A stretch of 40,037 nucleotides of DNA, taken from positions 1-40,037 of the IMG/VR virus record IMGVR_UViG_3300029822_000027, one strand, 5' to 3'. Below, one piece after another: positions 1-9,515 of this stretch. The translations under genes were made by a program, and so were the position numbers. A model generated the notes under the pieces. That model ran no database searches and had not been told where the DNA came from. It saw nothing but the letters and a program-made list of their open reading frames with translations. Source of the stretch: a virus. Its lineage: Duplodnaviria; Caudoviricetes. Every line of letters starts with the position of its first letter. Position 1 is the stretch's first letter.

Positions 1-1
1 G

Positions 2-3000
2 GGCACGGGCATCACAGCCGGGCAGATGCGCGAGGGCGGCGCGGCCGAGGGCGGGCTCGCCTTCCGCGAGTTTCTCCAGGTGCCGGGCGTCGACCGCAAC
101 GCGGCCCGCGTGGGCGCGGTCATCGTTGCCGCAGTCAACGGCGGGCTCGAGACCATCCCCATCGCCCGCCTGCTGGGGCGAATTCCGGGCCTGGGGCGGC
201 TCGCGAAGACCGGACTGGTGAGGGACGCTATCCGCCGCGTGCTCGCCTCTCCGACGAAGGCAGCGGCCTTCACGCGCCTGTCGGCGCGCATCGTCGAGCA
301 GGGGCTCTTCGAGGGTGTGACCGAGTACGCTCAGGAGTGGTCGAACATCCTCAACGGTGAGGTGGCGGTCGAGCTCTCCCAGTCCGACGCGAACATCGGG
401 CGGCTCGGGAGCCGGCTCGGGCGCGCGGCCGAGAACCCCGCGAACCGGGAGCGGGCGACCGAGTCTTTCGTCGCCGGCGCGCAGGCGGGGCTCGCCCTCG
501 GCGGCGCCGGGAACGCCCTCTCGCTGCGCGCAGACCTGCAGGAGGCGCAGGCCGCCGAGCAGCGGCTTGCCTTCTACCGAAGCCTCGGGGAGACCGTGCA
601 GGAGAGCGAGATCGCCAAGGTGCCCGAGGCGATGCGCGCCTACGCGCAGCGGCTCCGCGAGGAGAGCGGCGGGGCCGTCGAGGAGTTTTCCGCACCGGCC
701 GAAGACCTGCAGCGGCTCTTCCAGGAAGAGGGGCTCGAAGAGGCCGACGTCGCGCGCCTGATGCCCACGGTTGCGCGAGGGCTCGCCGAAGCGGCGAAGA
801 GTGGCGACCCCCGGGCCGAAGTGGTGATCCCCTTCGAGGACTTCGTCACGCACGTGGCGCCGCTCAAGGGCGCCGAGGCGCTGCACGAGAACCTGCGGAT
901 GGGCGACAGCCTGACGGCTGCCGAGGCGAAGGACGTTGTCAAGCAAGCCGAGAAGCTGCGGGCCGAGAAGCCGAAGAAGGGCGCGGCCGAGGATCTCTCG
1001 CCGGCGCAGCGGGTATACAACGACGTCTTCGGCAAGCTCGTGGGCGCCGGCATGGCCGACGAGGTGGCCGAGCAGGATGCGGCAATCTGGGCGGCGATGG
1101 CCGAGAGTCGGGCTTCCCGCGGCGTGGCCGAGGATGCCTGGGTCTACTACCAGAAGCAGACCCTCACCGTGCAGCAGGGCGAGGAGCCGGCGGGGCTTGA
1201 GCAGCGCGACGGGCCGCAGGTCGGAAAGGTCTACTCGCACGCGCAGATGATTGAGTCGGGTGCGGATGGGCATCTGCCGCACGCAATCGTCCTGCGGATT
1301 CCGGTCAGTCAAATTGATGGGCGCGAGCCGACCCCGGACATGGAGGGTGGATACACCAAAGGCACGCCGATCACGCAGCCGGTCGAAGTCGAATATCAGG
1401 AGGATTCGGGGAAGTTCATCCTCTATGCGGGAAATCACCGCGTGACGCAGGCCGGGCTGAATGGCGACGAGACGATCATCGCCTTCGTTCACGAGCCCGG
1501 AAAGCAGTACGCGAAACTCCGCGCTCAATTCGCGACCCCCGCGCAGGTTCTCGAGCAGCGCGCATATCATGGCACCCCGCACCGGGGTATCGAGAAGTTC
1601 TCGCTGCAGAAGATGGGCTCTGGCGAGGGCGCGCAGGTCTACGGGTGGGGGCTCTACTTCGCCGGCAACAAAGAGGTCGGGGAGTACTACCGCGAGCGAC
1701 TCTCCGGCGGCCGCGGCATGCGTCGAGCGCTGAGGTTCGGCGACTTCGTGGCATCCAGGCCGACGACCGGCGCTGGAACGCTCGACCCCGACCAGCAACT
1801 CGCCGCGATGCTCTACGGTCGAGTCGACCTAGGCAGGTCGGTGGCAGAGGTGCGCGCCGAGCTCGCAGACGAAGCGGCGGCGGCGCAGGATCCGGAGGAC
1901 CGGCGCCACTACGAGCGGCTGCTAGAGGCCTACGACAGGATGGCCGCGCACGGCGAGCCTCGTGTCGAGGAGGCTGGTCAGCTCTACGGGGTCGACCTGC
2001 CCGAGGACACCGACCTCCTCGACTACGACAAGCCTATATCCGACCAACCCCCAGGTGTGCTGTCGGCGCTGCGGCGTGCCGGGCTCATCGGGGATATGGA
2101 TTCGCTAATCCAGCGCACAGAGGAGATCAACAAACTTGCCGAGCAGATGCTCCCGTTATCGAGCAAGAGCGACGATTACAAACGGATGGAGCGAGAATTC
2201 GACGCGCTTGACACCGAGGTGAAGGCCCTCGAGCGAGAGCTCGGCCCCGCGCAGTATCTCACCGGCGAACGCCTGTACCGGAATCTCGAGAAAAAGCTCG
2301 GCTCACCGCGCGCAGCATCCGAGGCGCTACTCGAAGCAGGCATCCCCGGAATGCGGTATCTCGACGCCGGGAGCCGCGGAGGTGGCGACGGCACCGCTAA
2401 CTTCGTCATCTGGGATGAAAACCTAGTCGACATCACGCGCACCTACTACCAGTCCACCGACCAGACCGAGACCCCCGAATTCAAGGCGTGGTTTGGCGAT
2501 TCCAAGGTGGTCGACGCGCAGGGGAAGCCGCTCGTCGTCTATCACGGGACGAACTACGCAGGCTTCGACACCTTCCGCGGCGACCTTGCCGACAAGAACG
2601 CGCTCTATGGACCGGGGCTCTACTTCACCGAAAGCGCCGAGGTCGCGTCGTCGTACACTGAGAAGAACGCTCGCACGATCGAAGAAAAGGGCGAGCGTCC
2701 AGCCGTCTATCCGGTGTTCATGTCGATCCAGAATCCGTTCGACGTGTCGAAGCCGGCGAAGGCTTTGGTGCCTGCGCTCAAGCGGTACAAGGCGAAATTT
2801 CCGCCCGCACAGGCCAAGAGGCTCATCGACAACGCACTGCGCGAGGATCCGTCGATTGCTAGCGCCGAAGGATTAGCGGACTGGGTCGACAACACCGAAA
2901 GCGCCTATCGAGAGATGGAGCGCATGGGTGTCGACGCGCGCGACTTTGCCGAGGAGCACTGGCCCTACCTGCTTGCAAAGGCTCGCGACAACATGCTCGC

Positions 3001-6000
3001 GATGATCAGGGATGGAGAGCTGGAGACCGGCGAGGACCTGATCCGACACATCGAGAACAACGTCTTCAAGCGGCTGCAGTCTAACGCGGCCAACATCCAG
3101 GAGGTGCTGCGGGATTTCGGGTTCGACGGGATCACGCACATCGGCGGCAACATCATGGGCGACGGCTCGCTGATGCACCGTGTCTGGATTGCCTTCGACT
3201 CGCAGCAGGTCAAGAGCGCGACCGGCAACCGCGGCACCTTCGACCCGAACAACCCGAGCATCCTCGCGCAGGAGCCGGCCCGGGGCGTCGTGCGTGGCGC
3301 CATCGAATCCGACACCTCCCGATCTTGGTTCCGCGTCACCCTGACCGGCAAGGCGAATCTCTCGACGTTCCTGCACGAGTCGGCCCATGCCTTCTTCGAG
3401 ATGCTGCAGCGCGACGCCGAGGCGGGGCACGCCGAGAGCGCGGCCGACGTCGCGGCCCTGCGTGCCTGGGCCGGCGCGGCCGAGGGCGAGCCGCTCGCAA
3501 CCGAGCACCTCGAGAAGATCGCCCGGGGCTTCGAGGCCTATCTCTGGGAGGGCAAGGCGCCGAGCGTCGAGCTGCGCGGCGTGTTCTCGCGCATCAAGGC
3601 GTGGATGCGCCACGTCTATCGCGCGCTCTCCTCGCTGAACGTCGAGCTTTCCGATGAGGTGCGCGGGGTCTTCGATCGCTTGCTCGCGACCGAGGAGGCG
3701 ATCACCGAGGCCCACGCGAGGCTTGCCCTTGAGGCCTTCCCCGGCGACGAGCGGGCGGCCGAGCTGCACGCGAAGGCGCTAGAGGCCGCCGAGCTCGACC
3801 TCGAGCGCGAGGCTCTCTCGGTCTGGCGCCGCGCCTTCGCGGCCGACTACGAGCGCGTGCGTGGTGATGTCGAGGCAGAGACCGCGGCCGACCCCGCCCG
3901 CAACGCCTGGGAGGTGCTCGCCGGGCGCGAGCGGCTCGACGGTGAGACCGTGCCCGAGGAGCTGCAGGGACGGAAGCTCTCGAAGGCAGCGATCAAAGGG
4001 ATGGCCCTTGATCGGGAGGCGCGCCGGCGCATCGGGCCGCTCGTCGGCAAGGATCATAAGAACGGCACCTCCGACGCGATGATCGACCCCGGTGCGGCCG
4101 CACCCTTTTTCGGCTTCGATTCGGGCGTCGAGCTCGTGCAGGCTCTCGCCGCGCTCGAGCCCCGGGCCCGGTACGTCAAAGCCGAGACCGATCGGCGCTT
4201 GGCCGAGAAATACCCCGGCTATGATGCCGATCCGGCCTGGCTGGAGCAGAAGGCGCTCGAGGCGCTGCACGGCGATCCGGTGGCGAAGGCGCTTCGGCTC
4301 GACCTCGAGGCCACGGGCCGACAGGTGGGCGCGCCCCCAGCGCGCAGCGTGGCCGAGGCCGCGAAGCTGCTCGCACAAGAGCACGTCGACGGGCTGACCG
4401 GGCTCGAGCTGCAGCCCGACCGATACCGGCGCGCCGAGGTGAAGGCGGCACGGGAGTGGCAGCAGCTCGTAGCGGCGAAGAAATTCGAGGAGGCCTGGGC
4501 CGCCAAGCGGGCGCAGATCTACAACCATTTCGCCTGGAAGCGGGCGGCCGAGGCGCGAGATGAGTTCGAGAAGACCCGCACCTACCTGCTGCGCTTCACC
4601 GACCTGCGCACCCGAAAGAAGATCGGACTCGCCGGGCAGACCTACCTGCAGGCCCTCGACGCGCTGCTCGACAAGCTCGAGCTGCGCAAGGTCTCGACCA
4701 AGCAGGTCGGGCGCCGAGCCTCGCTCGCCTCCTACCTGCGCCAGATCGAGGCCGAGGGCGAGCCCGTGCTCATCTCTCCCGAGCTCGCCGCGGAAACCAC
4801 ACTCAAGAACTACCGGCAGCTGACCGTCGCCGAATTCCGGGCCCTCGGCGACGCGGCGAAGAACATCGAACACCTGGCGCGCATGAAGAACCGGCTGCGG
4901 CTCGGCAAGGAGCAGCGCGACTTCGAGCTCACCACGACCGAGCTCGCCGCGCACATCGCAGCGCGCGCCGGGGCCGACCACGCCGTGCCCGCCAACGCGC
5001 CCCCGAATCCGCGCGCTGGCGCCCGGCTGCGCTCTTGGCTGCGCACCGGCTCGGCGAACCTCAAGAAGGTGGAATTCGTCGCGCGGGCCCTCGACGGTGG
5101 GGAGATCGCCGGCTTCGCGCACAGCCTCATCTTCCAGCCCATCGCCGAGGCCGAGACCCGCAAGGCGAAGATGCTGAAAGACGTCGTGCTCAAGCTCGGC
5201 GAGATCTTCGACGGGCTCACCTGGCGAGACGCGGCGCGCATGGATGAAGAGGTTGATTTCCTGGGCGTGCCGATGCGCCGCTCGGAGGTGCTCGCCGCGT
5301 TCCTCAACATGGGCAACGCGGGCAACAAGGCGCGCCTCTTCGGCGGGGCGAAGACTCGGGGCTGGACCTGGAGCGAAGACGCGGCACTCGTGCGCTTCGA
5401 CGAGCTGCTCACCGATCGGGATCTCGAGCTCGCACAGCAGATCTGGGACACCATCAACAGCTTGTGGCCGGAGATTGTGGCCCTACAAGAACGTGTGGTG
5501 GGCGTGGCTCCGGAGAAGGTTGAGGCAACCCCGGTGATGCTACCCTCCGGGCGCCAGGTTGCCGGCGGCTACTACCCGGTGGTCAAGGATTCGCGGGCCT
5601 CGCACCTGGGTGCGAAGATCGCAAGCCGCAAGGAAGACGTCTTCGAGAATCAATTCATGCTGCCGATCACGGCGCACGGGTTCACCGAGGCGCGCGGGGA
5701 TGACCTGACCTCGCCGCTCCTGCTCGACCTGCGGGTGATCCCCTCGCACCTGACCGAGGTGATCCACTACCTGACGCACTACGAAGCCGTGCGTGCCGTC
5801 GACAAGCTCACGCAGTCGAAGCCCGTGCGCGCAGCCATCGTCGAGGCCCTCGGGCTCGAGACCTACAACGAGATCCGCCCCTGGCTGCAGGCAGTCGCGC
5901 ACGATGGGGATGTCGCCGAGCGCACGGCATTCGACGCGGCGCTGCGGCACTTGCGCTTCGGGGCCACGTTCGTGATGTACGGCTTCAAGATCTCGTCGGC

Positions 6001-6958
6001 GATGATGCAGGCGCTAGGTCTGTCGCAGACTGTGAAAGAGATCGGCCTCGGCGCGACGGCTGCGGGCGCGAAGCTCTTCCTCGGGCACCTCGTGCAGGGC
6101 AAGCCCTTCGAGATCGCTGAGGCCGAGAGCGGGGCTCTCACGATCCTCTCGAAGGGTTACGATCGAGAGGTGCGCCAGATCTTCGAGTCGCACGTCGGCA
6201 GCTTCTCGCGGCTCGGCAAGCTGCGGCACGAGGTCGGCGCCTTCTCTCTAGCCTTCCTCGGGCTCGTGCAACGGTCGGTGAACGTCATCACCTGGCTCGG
6301 CGCGCGGGAGCGGGCCTTCGAGCAGGGGCACCCGGACCCGGTCGCCTACGCCGACGCAGTCGTGCGCCAATCGCAGAGCTCGGGCAGTATCAAGGACCTG
6401 GCCGCAATACAGCGCGGGCCGGAGACGATGAAGCTCTTCACCGTCGCCTACAGCTACTTCTCGGTCCTCTACAACCAGCTCGCGATGCCGCTCGAGCGCG
6501 GGGCGAGCTCGAAGGCGAAGGTGGTCGAGGCTGCAGCCCGGTGGTGGTGGCTCGTGACCCTGCCGGTCGTTGCCGAGGCGCTGATGCGCGGCAAGGCGCC
6601 CGAGGATGACGAGAGCTGGGCGGGGTGGTTCGCGCTGCAGCAGATGCTCTACGCGGCCCGCTCTGTGCCGATGCTCTCCAGCGTGACCGAGGCCGCGGCC
6701 GGTGGAATGGAGCCCCGCACAGCCCCCTGGCTCTCGGCGGTCTACCGCTCGGCGATTGCCGTCGGGAACGCCTTCGATGGGGAGAAGGATCTCTCCGCTG
6801 GCGACGTGCGCGCCCTCGTTGACGTCGCGGGCATGATCGGGCACGCCCCGACCGGCGCGGCCAACAACGCATGGCGCTACCTCGACGCCTTCTCCGATGG
6901 TACGATGGAGGAGCCTGTCAAGAATTTGATCTTTCGCGGACCCCGGGAGTGGAAATAA
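2..6958 (+). CDS. Giant polyvalent internal virion/ejection protein, 5'-truncated (ParB-like, two ADP-ribosyltransferase-like and HExxH zincin-like modules)
   Basis: Frame is open from base 2. Motifs: ILYAGNHR (ParB/Srx-like); AYHGTPH..GEGAQVYGWGLYFA; FKAWFGDSKVVDAQGKPLVVYHGT..GLYFT..QVKSATGNRGTFDPNNPSI (ART-PolyVal-like); STFLHESAH. Follows the internal virion genes when the genome is circularised. Confidence 0.85.
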   Translation, partial: GTGITAGQMREGGAAEGGLAFREFLQVPGVDRNAARVGAVIVAAVNGGLETIPIARLLGRIPGLGRLAKTGLVRDAIRRVLASPTKAAAFTRLSARIVEQGLFEGVTEYAQEWSNILNGEVAVELSQSDANIGRLGSRLGRAAENPANRERATESFVAGAQAGLALGGAGNALSLRADLQEAQAAEQRLAFYRSLGETVQESEIAKVPEAMRAYAQRLREESGGAVEEFSAPAEDLQRLFQEEGLEEADVARLMPTVARGLAEAAKSGDPRAEVVIPFEDFVTHVAPLKGAEALHENLRMGDSLTAAEAKDVVKQAEKLRAEKPKKGAAEDLSPAQRVYNDVFGKLVGAGMADEVAEQDAAIWAAMAESRASRGVAEDAWVYYQKQTLTVQQGEEPAGLEQRDGPQVGKVYSHAQMIESGADGHLPHAIVLRIPVSQIDGREPTPDMEGGYTKGTPITQPVEVEYQEDSGKFILYAGNHRVTQAGLNGDETIIAFVHEPGKQYAKLRAQFATPAQVLEQRAYHGTPHRGIEKFSLQKMGSGEGAQVYGWGLYFAGNKEVGEYYRERLSGGRGMRRALRFGDFVASRPTTGAGTLDPDQQLAAMLYGRVDLGRSVAEVRAELADEAAAAQDPEDRRHYERLLEAYDRMAAHGEPRVEEAGQLYGVDLPEDTDLLDYDKPISDQPPGVLSALRRAGLIGDMDSLIQRTEEINKLAEQMLPLSSKSDDYKRMEREFDALDTEVKALERELGPAQYLTGERLYRNLEKKLGSPRAASEALLEAGIPGMRYLDAGSRGGGDGTANFVIWDENLVDITRTYYQSTDQTETPEFKAWFGDSKVVDAQGKPLVVYHGTNYAGFDTFRGDLADKNALYGPGLYFTESAEVASSYTEKNARTIEEKGERPAVYPVFMSIQNPFDVSKPAKALVPALKRYKAKFPPAQAKRLIDNALREDPSIASAEGLADWVDNTESAYREMERMGVDARDFAEEHWPYLLAKARDNMLAMIRDGELETGEDLIRHIENNVFKRLQSNAANIQEVLRDFGFDGITHIGGNIMGDGSLMHRVWIAFDSQQVKSATGNRGTFDPNNPSILAQEPARGVVRGAIESDTSRSWFRVTLTGKANLSTFLHESAHAFFEMLQRDAEAGHAESAADVAALRAWAGAAEGEPLATEHLEKIARGFEAYLWEGKAPSVELRGVFSRIKAWMRHVYRALSSLNVELSDEVRGVFDRLLATEEAITEAHARLALEAFPGDERAAELHAKALEAAELDLEREALSVWRRAFAADYERVRGDVEAETAADPARNAWEVLAGRERLDGETVPEELQGRKLSKAAIKGMALDREARRRIGPLVGKDHKNGTSDAMIDPGAAAPFFGFDSGVELVQALAALEPRARYVKAETDRRLAEKYPGYDADPAWLEQKALEALHGDPVAKALRLDLEATGRQVGAPPARSVAEAAKLLAQEHVDGLTGLELQPDRYRRAEVKAAREWQQLVAAKKFEEAWAAKRAQIYNHFAWKRAAEARDEFEKTRTYLLRFTDLRTRKKIGLAGQTYLQALDALLDKLELRKVSTKQVGRRASLASYLRQIEAEGEPVLISPELAAETTLKNYRQLTVAEFRALGDAAKNIEHLARMKNRLRLGKEQRDFELTTTELAAHIAARAGADHAVPANAPPNPRAGARLRSWLRTGSANLKKVEFVARALDGGEIAGFAHSLIFQPIAEAETRKAKMLKDVVLKLGEIFDGLTWRDAARMDEEVDFLGVPMRRSEVLAAFLNMGNAGNKARLFGGAKTRGWTWSEDAALVRFDELLTDRDLELAQQIWDTINSLWPEIVALQERVVGVAPEKVEATPVMLPSGRQVAGGYYPVVKDSRASHLGAKIASRKEDVFENQFMLPITAHGFTEARGDDLTSPLLLDLRVIPSHLTEVIHYLTHYEAVRAVDKLTQSKPVRAAIVEALGLETYNEIRPWLQAVAHDGDVAERTAFDAALRHLRFGATFVMYGFKISSAMMQALGLSQTVKEIGLGATAAGAKLFLGHLVQGKPFEIAEAESGALTILSKGYDREVRQIFESHVGSFSRLGKLRHEVGAFSLAFLGLVQRSVNVITWLGARERAFEQGHPDPVAYADAVVRQSQSSGSIKDLAAIQRGPETMKLFTVAYSYFSVLYNQLAMPLERGASSKAKVVEAAARWWWLVTLPVVAEALMRGKAPEDDESWAGWFALQQMLYAARSVPMLSSVTEAAAGGMEPRTAPWLSAVYRSAIAVGNAFDGEKDLSAGDVRALVDVAGMIGHAPTGAANNAWRYLDAFSDGTMEEPVKNLIFRGPREWK

Positions 6959-7932
6959 TGAAGCCCTACCTTGCGTGCATCCTGGCCACACTTCTGCCCG
7001 CGCTCGCCTTCGGACAGGCGATCATCCGGCCCGCCAACACGGGCGGGGATGTGGCATTCGGCAGTATCGATTCGGGAGCGATCACCTCGGACGGGCGCCT
7101 GACCCTGACCTGCACCGCGTGCGCGCCGGCGCTCTCGATCACCGGGGTGGCGGGCGGGGCGAATGCAATCACGATACCGACCGGCGCGAAACTGGCGCTC
7201 GGCAGCGGGCCGAACGATTACCTCACGATTGTCGGCGGACAGGTGTACGCGCCACTTCTCTATGCGACCTCGCTCGCGGTGAACAACACGATCACCAACA
7301 ACTCCGCTACGAACGGTGGCTCCATTGCCATCAACGACGCGACCCGTTGGCTCTCAACCACAACCGCGCTACTGGAGTCGTCGACTGCGGCGACCAGCGG
7401 CACGGACACCGCGTTCACGCTGCGCCCGCTTGTCGAACTCAGTGGCGCAGATCGCGTCCTCGATGTTGTCGACCACGCTGGCACTTCGCGATTTTACGTC
7501 ACGCCTGCCGGGTCGATCGTCAACTCTGGCAGCGCGACACTCGGCACAGTCAGCAGCTCGCTCTATGGGGTGGCCGGAGACAATCCAGTCATTGTTAGGG
7601 GATCGAAGGTTGACGGCGCATCTGCTGTCGGTGTGAGGATTGGAAATCTAAACACTCTTACAACGGCAGGTAGCAAAGTCGTCGCCTTCTGCGCCGACAA
7701 CCCGAGCACCTGCGCTTCCGAGGTCGCGAGCATCGCCCACAACGGCACTGCGACTTTTTCCGGCCGCATCTCCGGCGCAGGCGTGCAGGCAGTCGCAGGC
7801 ACCGAGCCGACCTGCGACGAGTCCGCCCGCGGCCTGATCTGGACCGTCGCCGGCGATACCGGCGTGGCCGACCAGGTGAAGGTCTGCGCGAAGGACGCCG
7901 CCGACGCCTTCGCGTGGCGGACCATCTACTAG
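6958..7932 (+). CDS. Fibre/adhesin-like protein with N-terminal signal peptide
   Basis: TAATG stop/start overlap at 6956-6960; leader MKPYLACILATLLPALAFG; G/S/T/A-rich body; C-terminal PTCDESARGLIW..KVCAKD..FAWRTI fibre-tip-like motif. Confidence 0.7.
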   Translation: MKPYLACILATLLPALAFGQAIIRPANTGGDVAFGSIDSGAITSDGRLTLTCTACAPALSITGVAGGANAITIPTGAKLALGSGPNDYLTIVGGQVYAPLLYATSLAVNNTITNNSATNGGSIAINDATRWLSTTTALLESSTAATSGTDTAFTLRPLVELSGADRVLDVVDHAGTSRFYVTPAGSIVNSGSATLGTVSSSLYGVAGDNPVIVRGSKVDGASAVGVRIGNLNTLTTAGSKVVAFCADNPSTCASEVASIAHNGTATFSGRISGAGVQAVAGTEPTCDESARGLIWTVAGDTGVADQVKVCAKDAADAFAWRTIY

Positions 7933-7943
7933 GAGCCCGAGCA

Positions 7944-8303
7944 ATGACGAACGCCCAGATCGCAGCCATCGCCGCAATCTCGGTTGGCCTCGCCGCCGGC
8001 GGGACCATCCTGCTCTCGTCGGGAGAGCCCGCAGTCGTCACCGCCGAGCATGTCGACGCGGGCCAGGCGCCCGCGGGCGCAGTCCTCCTCGTCGACAAGA
8101 GCACCGGCACGCACGGCTATCTCGCCGACGACGCGACCGGGCGCGCCCTGCTCGAGGCGGCGCTCGTGCTGCGCGGGCGTGAGCCGACGCGCATCGATCT
8201 GTTTCCGGCCGAGGCGTGCGAAAGCGGGCTCGGCTTCGAGGTCTTCGACGCGCTCGGCTACCAATCCGAATGTCTCCCGGCGGGCATCCTGCCGGCACCC
8301 TAA
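7944..8303 (+). CDS. Small protein with N-terminal hydrophobic anchor or signal
   Basis: SD AGGAG before ATG 7944; hydrophobic N-terminus; conserved in the diverged copy at 39818. Confidence 0.7.
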   Translation: MTNAQIAAIAAISVGLAAGGTILLSSGEPAVVTAEHVDAGQAPAGAVLLVDKSTGTHGYLADDATGRALLEAALVLRGREPTRIDLFPAEACESGLGFEVFDALGYQSECLPAGILPAP

Positions 8304-8327
8304 CGCAATCCCTGGAAGGATCACCCC

Positions 8328-9515
8328 ATGCGCCGAATCGCAGCCTTTCTATCCGCTCTACTCGTCTCGACTCCGGCCCTCGCCGACACCTTCACCGTGG
8401 GGGGCACGGTCAGTGGCTTGGCGGGATCCGGCCTCGTCCTACAGAACAACGCCGGCGACGACTTGACGATCGAAACCAATGGTACCTTCACCTTCGAGAC
8501 GGCGCTCGAGGATGAGGCAGCCTACGCCGTGACCGTCGAGACCCAGCCGGGCACGCCGACACAGACCTGCACTGTTGAGGCGGGCACCGGGGTCATCGCC
8601 ACGGCGAACGTGACCGACGTGGCGGTCACCTGCGTGACCGACAGCTTCACCGTGGGGGGCACGGTCAGTGGCTTGATGGGATCCGGCCTCGTCCTGCAGA
8701 ACAACGCCGGCGACGACTTGACGATCGAAGCCAATGGTGCCTTCGCCTTCGCCACGGCGGTTCTTAGCGGGGCCGCATACGCCGTGACCGTCGAGACCCA
8801 GCCGGGCACGCCGACACAGACCTGCACCGTGGAGGATGGGGCGGGCACCGTGGGCGGCGCGGCGGTTGCTGATGTCGCGGTCACCTGCGTCACCGACAGC
8901 TTCGACATCGGGGGCACACTGGTGGGGCTGGAGGCGGGCTCCGTAGTGCTGCAGAACAACGCCGGCGACGACTTGACGATCGAAGCCAATGGTGCCTTCG
9001 CCTTCGATACGGCGGTTCTCAGTGGTGTGGCATACGAGGTGACCGTCAAAACGCTGCCCACCGGGCACACCTGCACCGTGGAGGATGGGGTGGGCACCGT
9101 GGGCGGCGCGGCGGTTGCTGACGTGGCGGTCACCTGCGTGCGGACCACGGTTTGGTCTACCCCTGGCGGACCCTACCCGGCAGCCAAGGCGGCCTGCGCT
9201 ACCGGCTCCGAGCCGGCCCCGCTTCTGGCAACTGACGGGCTGTCGCTCGGCAACCTCAAGGGCGGATTCTCGGTCATCGTCGAGTCTGACGACGGGACCA
9301 CGAACCTGACCGCCGGCGGGAAACTGCTCGCCTACGCCTACCACCCGCTCACCGGATGGGTCCGCGTGCCCGACCTCGACTTGACGGTGAAGGACGCGAC
9401 CACGGCCCGATCGTGGTCCGGGTTTCAAGTGGTGGCGCCGATCGGTCGGATCGCCTTCGTCCCGAACGGGCTCGGGGCCGCAACCGCCGTGAACGTCTAC
9501 ATCACCGGGCGCTAG
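8328..9515 (+). CDS. Secreted protein with three 85-aa Cys-paired beta-rich repeats and a distinct C-terminal domain
   Basis: Signal peptide MRRIAAFLSALLVSTPALA|D; repeats FTVGGTVSGL..LVLQNNAGDDLTI..CTV..VAVTC; SD GAAGGA. Confidence 0.8.
   Translation: MRRIAAFLSALLVSTPALADTFTVGGTVSGLAGSGLVLQNNAGDDLTIETNGTFTFETALEDEAAYAVTVETQPGTPTQTCTVEAGTGVIATANVTDVAVTCVTDSFTVGGTVSGLMGSGLVLQNNAGDDLTIEANGAFAFATAVLSGAAYAVTVETQPGTPTQTCTVEDGAGTVGGAAVADVAVTCVTDSFDIGGTLVGLEAGSVVLQNNAGDDLTIEANGAFAFDTAVLSGVAYEVTVKTLPTGHTCTVEDGVGTVGGAAVADVAVTCVRTTVWSTPGGPYPAAKAACATGSEPAPLLATDGLSLGNLKGGFSVIVESDDGTTNLTAGGKLLAYAYHPLTGWVRVPDLDLTVKDATTARSWSGFQVVAPIGRIAFVPNGLGAATAVNVYITGR
8385..9140 (+). repeat. Three tandem ~255-bp intragenic repeats
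   Basis: Units start at 8385, 8640 and 8895; CAGAACAACGCCGGCGACGACTTGACGATCGAA is identical in all three. Confidence 0.95.

Noticed and set aside
9512-9515. Missing terminator where convergent genes share the CTAG stop overlap
   Set aside because: A common compaction feature in phages; nothing further supports a special function.
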